Origin: Octopus vulgaris
Lineage: Eukaryota
DNA: 64,000 nt
Direction of reading: 5' to 3'
NCBI GenBank assembly: GCA_951406725.2
Contig: OX597818.1
Span: forward strand, 98,890,001 to 98,954,000
This document shows, piece by piece, positions 1 to 11,850 of the stretch (positions within the stretch are counted from its first letter, which is position 1; every line of letters begins with the position of its first letter). A model generated the notes under the pieces. The model worked only from the letters and a program-made list of their open reading frames with translations. It had not been told where the DNA came from and made no database searches. Made by a program: the position numbers and the translations under genes.

Positions 1-1037
1 CCAACTAAATCTATTGTTCCCAATGATATATCTATCCTTCTGGATAGTTATAAAAGTAAGCACACCCCAAGCAAAAATCAGTTACTCACAGTCGGTGACG
101 ACTCAACCAAGTAGTCACTGCAGTGACGACAAAGTCTGGCTGACCAGCTAGAACCTTGGTCGGAGGGAGAAATGAAGTTTACTGTCAGCAACTATGAGAC
201 AACACCCTACTACTCTCACTAGCTCTAATTCTGTTCTCTTACAACATCATTCTATCTCTCTCTGTATTTACTACTAAGCAATGAAGAGGACACAAACGCA
301 AACTTTACTTTGCATGCTTTAACATAATAGTAAATAAATATTTTCTTAAAACTTCATGCATTCTTCATCTTTCACATCTTACAACTTGCCATCCTAACAA
401 CAAATTTTTATCGTCACAACTGCTGACTCCGACATTAATCATTATATTGTATATCTAATCAATATCTCCCATTACAATTGGTGACTCTCGACAATCAACA
501 TAAAAAATTTATCATTACACATATATGTATCCGTAAACATGCACACATGTGTGTGTAGTATGCATCTTTTAGTTTTCTTATACTTAATGCAATTACAAGG
601 TTTTGGTCAGCCCAAGACTTAACTTCAATTCTTAACACTTTTCTGCATAAAATTGTGTGCAGCATCTGCCCCAGAGTCTTTTTTTTTTCTGAATCTGCAT
701 TTGCTAATCATATTACATCTCACACTAATTGAAGAGATGGCCCTCTATAGGTGTGATGATCACCATGTGTGTATGTAATGTCAGGTTACTTATAAGGTCT
801 GACGTAGGTACTGTGAGTAACATGGAATCCAGTACAACCTGATACTTGGTCAGGTTGTCGGTGACTAAATCAGCGCCCCCACGCTTTATAACCTTAAACA
901 TTAGTAATAAGAATCTTGAATTATCTTTATGCTTTATAGGATACCTTAATATCATTATCGTTGTAATATAACTCAATCAAACTACCTTTGCACCTACTTA
1001 AGCTCACAATAGTTAATGGTGACTGTGGTATATATAG

Positions 1038-1232
1038 TTGAAATTTACAGAAAGACAAAAGACGAAGACAGGTGTATAAACAACAAGTAGGTGTATTAGT
1101 TTGATGCTCGAGAAGGTGAGAAAGTCTTTTACATTTCAAGCCTGTGCTCTTCAACAGAAAGGAATGTGAGGAAATAAACAGAGAGAGAATAGAAAAACTT
1201 CAGGAGTTAGCGGTCAATCATGGTGACTGGTG
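1038..1232 (-). mobile_element. Solo 3' end / pseudo-LTR fragment of a Penelope-like element
   Basis: The reverse complement aligns by eye with 34675-34868, the tail of the GIY-YIG element, including the ctgttgaagagc..gcttgaaa motif. Confidence 0.75.
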
Positions 1233-2699
1233 TCAGCTTCATCAAACAGCCTCACACTTTCCATCTTGTTCTATAGTTGATTTCCCATTATATTACAGGT
1301 CTTTACACAGACCAAATTTACTTATATATAAAGTCAATGAATTTTATTTACTAAGCAATTAAATAAACCATGCAATGAAACTAAAAAAATTTATGCTAGA
1401 AAAATACTGCAAAAGTAGCTCACATACCGAAACTCTGAACTGTTAACTCCATAGTAAAATTTTAAGTATATATTAAAGTATATATAACATTAAAGTACAT
1501 ATAACATTAAAATATATATAAAAATAAGTACAAAACATAAAAAGTTCAATCAAATCAATAACTTTATTTACTATATCAGTATAAATGTATTATTTCTTTT
1601 ATACAAATTTTAAAATATTCTAGAGCCGTTAACATTTTTCTAATCCTCTTAAAAATTTTTTGGTCTTTCTAAAAGGATTTCTGCTCTTAAAGAAATTCGT
1701 GTTTATAAAAATATTTGAATCCCATTAAAATTTTGAACCCCACTAAAAAATTTTATGAATCTCCTGAAAAATTCCGTGCCCCACTGTAAATAGGACAGCT
1801 ACAAGGTTATTAATTGTTATTAAATTTTTTAAAAAAACATCATCAAGTAACATATCAAATTTCATGTCATTATCTTGACTAATTAAAAACTTTAAGGGGC
1901 CTCAATGGACGTAAAGGGGTGTTTGTCTTTATTTACTTTTTTCCAGCTGATTCCGGATTTGGACTAAGTTTTTCATACATACATACAAACACACGCACAT
2001 ATATGCATGCGTTTACACACGCGCATGTGTGCGTGTGCAAATGATTTGCAATGTTTAACATAGATTAGCCCTTTGATAAATATAGATAAAATAAACACCA
2101 GACTGGTATTGATATGATCAACTAAAATCCTTGATGGATGATCTCCCAGTATGGCTGCAGTCATGTTAAAAGCCAGAAGTATTAGCAGGTCACTACACTT
2201 AGCAAGGCCATTGCCTCTGACTTTAAATGTTATGATTTAATATACAGATATTTAATACAGATATTTAAACAGATCATTTTCACTTGTATTTGTATACAGT
2301 GTTAATAGTGTTTATTATTTTCTAATTTATGATGAAACATAAACAGTGTTTTTTGGCAAGAGTGTTGGTCAAGCAAAGAACAAAGGAAGATTATCGAATT
2401 TCCATCTCTAATTGAACCTTGAATTGATGACATTATGACAACGATATCACAATGACTATAGGATATTGAATAGCTGATTACTTTTCCATGCTTGAGGATT
2501 ATGTTGCAATAAATTTTGACTCAGACATCTCTGTTTGCAACAAATTGTTTAAGGTGGCAAATATTTTAGGAGATGGTGTTGTAGTCAGTAGAACTTCCCT
2601 GAAACTATGTCTTACTATTAATGCTTCATAATCAAAACCAATAATTAAATATTCATCTTTAATTACTGAAAATATTGTGAATGTAACTGTCCCACTGGT

Positions 2700-3500
2700 C
2701 ATTATACTCATGCAATTAGATGCCATAAATGTGCTGACATTTATTTTCAATAAATAAATAAAATTGCAAAGGGCAAACTTTTCAATGGCCGTTATTCTGT
2801 TTTGGTGGAATATATCTGTAAAAAAATAATAATAATGAAATTATTGTATACAGTGCTCAGATGCACTGTAACTGAGCAACTGAGTTGAAATCTTCTGTTG
2901 TAGCAGATATATGTAGTTTACTCAAAAGGATTTTCAAAAGGGATATTCTGATAAAGGAAGGTTGTAATATACCATGTATTCTGCCATTGGATTTATGTTT
3001 CTCTACTGAAAAAGAAAAGGTATTGGATCACATAAGATGGTATTGCTTTCTTTGATGCCATAGAAAGTGGTTTATATATGACACTTTTATCATAAATCAA
3101 CTTTTTTTTCTAACTGCCAAAACTTGGAAAAATAGACACCCTCCAAGGACAATTTCAGAGAATATGTTACTGGAATAATTGGTCAACCACTTCCAGATGT
3201 TGAAATTAAAATTGTGGATGATAAAAACTGTGTTGCCGATATTGGTAAAGAAGGTTATTTATGTGTGTAAAATAGATGGTGCACAAACATAAATACTGAC
3301 AGAGAATCACTTCTAGACAATGGATGGTTTTAAGACATGAGACATTTGTAAAATGATAGAGAATACGGAAATAATTATGCTTGGCAGAAATGTTAACTTC
3401 ATTCAGAAGTCTGCAAGAAAATTATCAGATCTGCAGAACAACAGTGCATTGTTAACCAGATAATGATGACATCGTTATCGTCTGTACCAGCTGAATTACA
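2700..3500 (+). pseudogene. Degraded, apparently intronless acyl-CoA synthetase / AMP-binding (ANL superfamily) pseudogene
   Basis: 3160-3420 translates as YVTGIIGQPLPDVEIKIVDDKNCVADIGKEGYLCV*NRW..SLLDNGWF/KT*DICKMIENTEIIMLGRNVNFIQK. These match the ANL motifs GxPLPxVEIKIVD, GxxGELCV, GWFxTGD and ILGRxxD. TAA at 3268, a +1 frameshift at ~3331 and TGA replacing Gly in TGD. Outer boundaries are approximate. Confidence 0.8.
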
Positions 3501-3599
3501 AAATGAATTGTAAAGAACTGTTGAAAAAAAATTATTCAATTCTGCATTGAAAATATAAAATACATTGACACAGCTAATGTTCGAAATTGGCTTGAATAG

Positions 3600-3857
3600 T
3601 ACAAAAGTGATATAGAGTACTTGGAGTGGCCCTCTCAATCACCAGATCTTAATAAAATTGAATGATGCATTTTGGAGCAGCCAGTGGGAAGCCACTTCCC
3701 TTAGCTATTGTTGCTCTAAGAGCTAAAACAGAATGGCTCAAAATTGCTCTAACCACCTTTCAGAACCAGTACGAGTCTATTGCTTGATGCATTAAAACTA
3801 ATTGATTCCAAAGGTGGTCCAACTCGATATTAAACAATTTCCATTTAGTCCACCCTG
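3600..3857 (+). mobile_element. Tc1/mariner DNA transposon 3' remnant
   Basis: DIEYLEWPSQSPDLNKIE (Tc1 WPSQSPDLNPIE motif) at ~3609-3662, C-terminal LIDSKGGPTRY* at ~3798-3833, then a TIR-like end ..gtccaccctg. Confidence 0.85.
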
Positions 3858-4159
3858 TGTGTGTGCGTAGATATATATATCAAAATAAGCAACAAGTATA
3901 TGTTGGGTAATTTGGTACAATCGCTTCATGCTACTTCATTTTATTAAACATTGTAAGTATTACATCAGTTTTAAAATGTTGAGCAATCTTCAGCCACTTA
4001 TAGAAGTCTTCCATCAAACAGACAATACATATTCTTATTTCCATTTCTGGTGCCTCTGACTTAAGTACCATATTCATCTGAATCTAAATTTTGCTGAACA
4101 TATATATATATATATATACATTTATATACATATATATATGTACGTACATACATATGTAT

Positions 4160-4440
4160 GCATGGCCTAGCGGTTAGGGTGTTGCTCTCATGATCGCGAG
4201 ATTGTGATTTCAATTCCTAGACCAGATAGTGTATTGTGTTCTTGAGCAAAACACTTCATCTCATGTTGCTCTGCAATCACTTCAACACCTGATACATGGC
4301 ACACCATGTGCCTCTTCAGGCAATGTCAATTTGATAGTGGGAGTAAGCAAATGTACATATAAACAAATCATTTGTGCTGGTCATTTGGCAAAAGCTGAAT
4401 GCTCATACGTCATCTTCAATGGGAGACTCCATCATATCTA
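4160..4440 (+). mobile_element. Diverged tRNA-derived SINE
   Basis: tRNA-like head (tggcctagcggttagg..gatttcaattcct), followed by a ttgagcaaaacactt..gttgctc body. Confidence 0.6.
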
Positions 4441-4704
4441 TAAATTTAAATGGTAGAGATCACAGAAATTGTGGTGTTATTCGATTAGTAGATTCCAGCA
4501 TATGATTGTCTAATAAGGCACTCCGATGGAACAATTTAGACCAATCAGTCAATAGATAGACTGATTAATAACATTTCAAGCTTCTGTTACAAAACTGGAA
4601 CAAATTAAGAGATAAACTAGATAGTTCACAACTCTAATCCCCAAAATAACATAGGTTACTCGTGGTGGGTGATAAATTTAATAAGTTAAAAGAATAGAAC
4701 AAAG

Positions 4705-5062
4705 ATAGTTCATTTCGAGCTACATGTGTTTCCATAGGAACTCATTCACTATGTGCAAATGCATGCAGTTGCATTTGTTATAATGTGCACCACTTCTTCA
4801 GGTTCACGAACTGCATCCGACATATCGATTGTGCTAACACATCCAAAAACCAGCAGAAATACATTAGTAGAAACAAGAAGGAAGCTCCACCCCTGCTAAT
4901 GTTGAGTCTTCGCTGGTGTCTCGGATCAAATTATCAACACAACTGATAGGCTGCCAGGTGCAGTTTGAGGGTTTGACAAAGTGGTGCACATTATAACGTA
5001 ATTGCATGCATTTACATGTAATGAGTTACTATGGAAACACATGTACCTCTGAAGGAACTGCA
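4705..5062. mobile_element. Fold-back / MITE-like element, ~350-bp imperfect palindrome
   Basis: 4708-4796 (gttcatttcgagctacatgtgtttccatagg..ataatgtgcaccactt) is inverted at 4979-5059 (aagtggtgcacattataac..ctatggaaacacatgtacctctgaaggaac). The inner segments aactgcatcc..accagc and gctggtgtc..gtgcagtt also pair. Confidence 0.8.
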
Positions 5063-5129
5063 CTTATACCATCCTTTCTACTTTATATATATATATATGT
5101 GTGTGTGTGTGTGATATATATATATATAT

Positions 5130-5182
5130 ATATATACTTACTTGGAAATGGATGCATGGCGTTCAATTATATAATAATAATA

Positions 5183-5214
<32 letters not shown>

Positions 5215-5415
5215 ATACATATTTATACTTACTTGAAATGGATGCATGGCGTTCAATTATATAATAATAATATATATATATATATATACATATTTATACT
5301 TATGGATGCATAATTATATAATAATAATAATATACATATATATATATATATATATATACATACATATTTATACTTACTTGGAAATGGATGCATGGCGTTC
5401 AATTATATAATAATA

Positions 5416-5453
<38 letters not shown>

Positions 5454-5704
5454 ATAAATAAATATAGAGAGTGGTCACTATATTGCTCACTCTAGCACCA
5501 GTTAATCCAAAAGGTTTCAACTACGAAAATACATGCTTACCATGAAAGTCAGTACGATTGTTAGCTCACACGGACAGGGCAAATAAAAATAACAAAATAC
5601 AAAATAACAAAATTCTCTCACCCTTATTAATTAATTATATATATACATACATATTTATACTACTTGGAAATGGATGCATGGCGTTCAATTATATAATAAT
5701 AATA

Positions 5705-5740
<36 letters not shown>
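5130..5740. repeat. Compound minisatellite: unit tacttacttggaaatggatgcatggcgttcaattatataataat + (TA)n, about 5 copies
   Basis: Unit seen at ~5135, 5227, 5297 (partial), 5371 and 5657; the last copy follows a ~190-bp unique spacer. Confidence 0.9.
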
Positions 5741-5742
<2 letters not shown>

Positions 5743-5771
5743 TAGCGACAGAAGTAGTATTAATATTAAAG

Positions 5772-6252
5772 AGCAATCTTCATGTCCAACTTAAAGTGCA
5801 AAGTTTTGTTAGAACACAGAATACTGCACTATTTATCTTGAGAGGACCTCTCATAAGGATGCATGGTGCATAATAGCATTCATATTTATATCGGTGGTAC
5901 ATGAAAACCATCTGCTACGGGCGCTGTAACTGCTAGGTCATGTGATTTCGACCTGCCCAGTCTCCTCTTGCGACATCAGTGCCTGAAAAGAAATTGAAAT
6001 TCTATATATCATTGACAGTGAGAAACTACTGTTATACCCCTACTGGGTGTCTGCCACTGCTGAGTTCGGGCAGGTTGAAATCACCTGATCTGGCAGATCT
6101 GGTGCCTATAGCAAACGATTCTTGTCTGCCAAGGCTATAAATATGAGTGTTTTTGTGTATCATGCGTCTATATGAGAGGTCCTCTCAAGGTGAAAAATAC
6201 AGTAATCAGTGATCTAATAAAACATTCACATTAAGTTGGACATAAAGATTGC
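5772..6252. mobile_element. Fold-back / MITE-like element, ~480-bp imperfect palindrome
   Basis: gcaatcttcatgtccaacttaa..cttgagaggacctctcata (5773-5855) is inverted as tatgagaggtcctctcaagg..ttaagttggacataaagattgc (6171-6252). gtgatttcgacctgccc (5942) pairs with gggcaggttgaaatcac (6068). Confidence 0.85.
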
Positions 6253-9200
6253 CTTACATATATTTGATTATAATTCGTCTAAACTCTGACGATTTTCTTC
6301 AATTAGAGAATGCAAAAGCTAATAGATTAAAAGAAAAAGCAATGCATGCATTTACTTCAAAATTTTTCTTCTTTGTAGTCTGAAGTAAAAATAATGTAAT
6401 CCACAGAAATATTATATAGATTCGAACATCAACAAACTGATTTTAGTGATGAGAAATTCTAAAAGTTGATTCAAAATCATGTAAATTATACAGACATAAA
6501 ACATAACCAAGTAATCGTAACTCATATTATTTTTCTATAAGACTTAGTTGTATACATATATTTTTAAAAAATATTTGCATTGTGATTCATGGCATAAACA
6601 GAATATTGCTGTGATCCAGACATGATAGGCTGCCAAAGTCTACAATATATATCTCGTACATATCATCAACAATCATAAATGTTTACAAAATAGGTGTTTG
6701 TTTTGTCCAGGTAAATGTAACAGAGTGTTTGTTTCTATTGAATTTTATCGAACTTCACCAGATTAATGAAATTATTTTATTAATAAAATTATCTATCTAC
6801 ATACAGCATTATATTTTTTTCCTTTATATGCTGTAAAATGCAATAGCAATCTTTTCAATTTTCATAAGAGTTTTATAACCTCCTATATTGGATCGACAAA
6901 GTGAAAGAGAAAATCTTCCGAAATACTAAAGTGATATTGAAAATATGCGTGAAATAACATCAGTATTCTGCCACAGTGGAAATACTGCCATTATACAATA
7001 TAGTTGTATCTATCATAATAAATCAATGCTTAGATCAAAAGCCAGGCAGATCAGAGAGCCATTCAAATGTTTAATGGATATGACTTTGTATTGTTGCTTG
7101 TTCGAGATAATACAATTGATATTCATTAAACTGCGAAGAAAATCAATGCAACATAATTCTTTTAAATATCATTTATGTATATCCATCGTCTGTATCCAGT
7201 TTCTTCATCTCCTCAACAATAGTGTCGGTTATTTCATATATGTTGTATGAAATCCTCATTTTGTGTATGGCACCAATTGCCAGTATTGTGCATTGCAGTA
7301 ACTGAAATAATATATTGTTGCATTCCCAAATTGCTTGATTAAATCTTGTGGTGATTTGAGCCACAATTCCGTAGAGAGAGCAACACAATGTATTTGTGTA
7401 GTGTCTGCTGTCGTGATGAATGTATTACTGCTTCTCTTTATTCACTTCTGATGTGCCTTTCTAGTAGAGCTACTTTTACAACTGTGTTTGCTGCTTTCAT
7501 TGTAGCTTGCCTGTTATTCTTGGTGTTTACGTATTCATTTGAATCAACTCTACATAAATGCAAAACACCATTTTTGAAGGTCTAAACAAAATTCTCTTAT
7601 AAATAGCACCTGGTTTAACAGGCGATAAATATTACTGTTATTGTTATTTCCAGAGTTTCGATATCTAATGTCAGATGGATTTGCAGTCAGAGACATACAG
7701 GTCTGTGAGAACTGTTCCTTTTGTGGCTACTTTCATACATTCAGTCTTCTGCTACATAAGCCACATTTACTTGTGACCCTTTTTATTGCATATGCTCCAG
7801 TCGTATTTCTTATCATTCCCACCCATTGCTATAATCTCAAGCATTGTTCCTAAAGCATCATTTGAATAGTAATCACTGGCATTAGCAATGATGGCAATAC
7901 TCAGGGAACCCTTATTTGAAATATTATTTGTCATTGTGCACATTTGGATCATTACAATTCATTGGCTTCCACTTCTTTTCCTGTTTTACTACTATTACTA
8001 CTGCTGGAAATTTGGGTTCCTCAGCAGTGTAACAGAAAAATGAAACTTAGGAGTGAACCTTTTGGAGTGGTGATATTTCTACAACACAAGAAATCAGTGG
8101 TAACTGTAGTGTATGAGCACCCCCGACAAAGACACTTTAATATTTCTTAGCAGCAGCAGACACAGAAGCAGTAGCATGATAAAAGTTTATGAAGAAATAG
8201 GACCTACATGAAACAGAAGCTGGTATTGAAATTAACTATAACAACATTCTGTGCCATTTCACCATGAGAGAAGAAAGGAAAAAAGTAACATTTGCAGCAT
8301 CATGAATTTTGCAGTCATAGCATAGCATGTTCAAAACAAAGGAAATGTACAAAGACTGATAAATACCTGTTGTATCCAAAGAACTGACAAAACTATGAGG
8401 CATTTAGGAGAAATTATTCCTGTTCTCATAGGAGTCCTAGTAACTAAATAAAACCGATGATCAAGTCACAGAGAGATATTAAATATGAAACTAAAAAAAA
8501 AAAAAAAAAAAAAAGGAAATTGTAGAGACCAGCCATCTTTTATACTTCAGAATCTTTAAAAGACAGACTTACTGCTAAAATCTCAAAACATTACTTTTAA
8601 CATAATCAATATTGTATTCTTTTTTTTTTATGATTCCTAACTTTGGCAGAATGGTCCATCATTGAATATAAATATCATTCTCATTCCATGATATGAAGAT
8701 AAGTTTCTGAATATATGAATGACTCATTCTGAACCTTTTCTAATAAATAAACTGAATCAACAAACCTCTGATATACAAATGTTTGAAATGTTACTTGGCA
8801 TATTGAATTAAATATCCAACATAACATAAGCACCATTTGATTATAATTCATATATATTAAAAATCATATGAAAACTCCTATATTGAATACTGAAGTTATA
8901 CATTCCTTCATGGTTTTCAATTATTATTGAAGACAATGATCTGTCGTTTTTGTCCATGTGAATAACAATGTAACTGTTGATGAGATATAGGAGAAAGTGT
9001 ACAATTCTGAGTGGATTATATCGTCTGCCTCAAATTAATATAACTCCAGTCTCGGAACAAAGCCATGAGGTGTCCTCAAGATATCCATAATAAAGTTTCA
9101 ACATCATCCAAAATATTTGTTATGAATGGTACTTGTGTGAATGTTACATTAAATGAAAGTGCAATTGGAACAAATTACTGCATTTAAACACATCAGATCA

Positions 9201-9827
9201 TATGTAAAATAAAACAAAATATCAATAGAATTGCTTAGCACCACTATTGGGCTTAGGGCTCTTTACCTGGAGTGTTTGCAAACAACAGAACATCTCAAAA
9301 CAAAATTCACATTTACTTATCATTTGTATTGGCTGTGGTCTATCGTCTTGAATTTTGAATGCTTTGTCAGAGCGATTTAGACTTAGCTTCACTGATTCCT
9401 TGGTGTATTCTGTATTAACCTTCAGTATAGACATCATATTTAATGAACAAACTTTTGCCAACTCGCCATTTCTGGATTAATTGAGGGAGTGCACTGGTAT
9501 GGATATATGAATGAAACTGATCATTCAAGGTTGGCACAGAAACTACCTTAGACTTCTCCAGCCATGACAATAGAAAATATTTAAAAGCACACTGAAAAAT
9601 ATCTGATTGAAAATTAAGAATTGTTGTAAAGGATCTGAAGAAATTCAAAACAGCAAATGTAGAAGAAAATTATCTATGACAGGAAGTGCAGCATGAGTAG
9701 ATTTTAAGGTCACAATCATAGTAATTAGCATGTTGCAGCTATATTCATCAAAAATGGGAATTGTAGACAGAAATAATTTATTCAATATCTTGTTATATTC
9801 CTAATCAAGTCCTCTGCATCATATTGG

Positions 9828-10030
9828 TTTCAAATTTTGGCATAAGGTCAGCAATTTCGCAGGAGGGGCTAAGTTGATTAGATTGATCCCAATGCTCAAC
9901 TGTACTTATTTTGAAAGGATAAAAGGTAAAGTCAACCCTGATGGCATTTGAACTCAGAACATAAAGATGGACAAAATGTCTCAATACATTATGCTTGGTG
10001 TGCTAATAATTCTGCTAGCTTGCTGCCTTT
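9828..10030 (-). mobile_element. Abundant tRNA-derived SINE, family A (core gcctttcatcctttcggggtcgataaaataagtaccag)
   Basis: Plus-strand pattern ttttggcataaggtcagcaattt..aaaggataaaaggtaaagtcaacc..atttgaactcagaac..ttctgctagct, repeated about 20 times in the window. Confidence 0.8.
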
Positions 10031-10043
10031 CTCTACATCATAA

Positions 10044-10437
10044 TACTCTTTACTCTTTTACTTGTTTCAGTCATTTGACTGCGGCCATGCTGGAGCACCG
10101 CCTTTTAGTCGAGCAAATCGACCCCGGGACTTATTCTTTGTAAGCCCAGTACTTATTCTATCGGTCTCTTTTGCCGAACCGCTAAGTGACAGGGACGTAA
10201 ACACACCAGCATCGGTTGTCAAGCAATGCTAGGGGGACAAACACAGACACACAAACACACATACATATATATACGACAGGCTTCTTTCAGTTTCCGTCTA
10301 CCAAATCCACTCACAAGGCATTAGTTGGCCCGGGGCTATAGCAGAAGACACTTGCCCAAGATGCCACGTAGTGAGACTGAACCCGGAACCATGTGGTTGG
10401 TTAGCAAGCTACTTACCACACAGCCACTCCTGCGCCT
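10044..10437 (-). mobile_element. Young full-length tRNA-derived SINE, family B
   Basis: The minus strand begins ggcgcaggagtggctgtgtggtaag (A box)..ggttcagtc (B box), ends in an (aaagagt)n tail, retains CpGs, and has a candidate TSD ataata at 10040-10045 and 10438-10443. Confidence 0.88.
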
Positions 10438-10447
10438 ATAATAGTGA

Positions 10448-10568
10448 TTTCAAATTTTGGAATAAGGCCAGCAATATCAGGGAAGGGGAATAAGTCAATT
10501 CATTGACCCCAGTGTTCAACTAATACTTATTTTATCAACTGCAAAAGGATGAAAGGCAAAGTTGACTG
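10448..10568 (-). mobile_element. SINE family A, partial
   Basis: tttcaaattttggaataaggccagc..gaccccagtgttcaact..aaaggatgaaaggcaaagttgac. Confidence 0.75.
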
Positions 10569-11369
10569 GCAACATTGGAACTGCCTCTAATTATAATATC
10601 GAATAAAATAATACTATCTACACTTTCCATTGTTAGGTAACCTTTGACATTTACTTGTCTCTGTTTAGTTTTATAATGTGACTATCTGTAATTTTTATTT
10701 AAATTATTGGTTACTATTACTGTCAATGCAGCTGCATATTCCCATGTATGGTAGTTGAAATTGTGATTGATATTTCTGCCGTCATTGTTAGTAGCTACTT
10801 TGCAAAGATCATTACATATTCACAGTTAATAAAAACAAAGCACTTTGGTCTTCTGCTTCCAACATAAAATCACAAAGCTTGCTTGCAAAACTGATGCAAG
10901 GCTCTTCTTCTGAATGTTGCAACATTTTCAGGTGATGTTGAACCAAAAGTTTTCACTGCTAAAAAAGGAAACAATGAAAATAAGATAAAAACAATAAAAC
11001 TACCATTTTTAATAGATATTTTTTTTATTTTTAAAATTTCCATAATTTTATTTCTTTCATTAAAACATGTCCTTTTGTTGTTTTTTAATATGTTTATGTT
11101 TTTTGTTATTGTCCTTTTGTTATTTCTTTTTTTTTTCCTTTTCCTCTTTCACTCATTCTTTTACTCATTGCCTTTCTCTCTCACAGCCATTTTCTCAATC
11201 CAAACAATCAAGGAATAAAATTTTCAAAGAAATACCAATATTTGTAGAGTCCAGAGGAACGGGAGGGGAGAACAACAGAAAAACAACAAAAGTTTAAAAA
11301 AAAATTTGGTATTTTTCTACCCACCATTACTTAAATTTTTTTTATCCAAATAACATTGTATTTATGTAT

Positions 11370-11783
11370 AACCATATGCAGACATACAAAATGTGTGCAT
11401 AACAACTATACATATGCATGTGTGTTTGTGTGTGTGTATATATGTATATATATATAAACACACACACTTATATACATGTATGTACACACACACACATATA
11501 TATCAAGAAGTATATATATATGTGTATATATAAGTATATAAATAAGTACATATATATATAAGTATATATCCTCATCTTTTAACATCGATCTTTCATGCTT
11601 ATATATAAATATATAAGTACATATATATCTATATACACACACATATACATAGACACAAATATATACATATATATATATGCACATATTCATACATGTGTAT
11701 AAATGCATATGCATATATACATTCATATATATATATACACACACACATATGCATATAAATATACATATATATATATATATGTA

Positions 11784-11823
<40 letters not shown>

Positions 11824-11850
11824 CAACACATACATATGTGTGTACATTTG
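11370..11850. repeat. Degenerate (TA)n/(CA)n/(TG)n microsatellite field
   Basis: Directly visible; source of the YIYI/THTH pseudo-ORFs. Confidence 0.95.

Noticed and set aside
2499-2750. Minus-strand ORF containing MTSGT, resembling the AMP-binding P-loop
   Set aside because: It is on the opposite strand to the ligase pseudogene motifs and lacks the following TGxPKG; coincidental.
5130-5740. Repeat-spacer appearance reminiscent of a CRISPR array
   Set aside because: The spacers are (TA)n tracts, the context is eukaryotic and there are no cas genes.
10370-10437. tRNA-like A/B boxes
   Set aside because: These are the head of a SINE, not a tRNA gene; no cloverleaf or acceptor stem.
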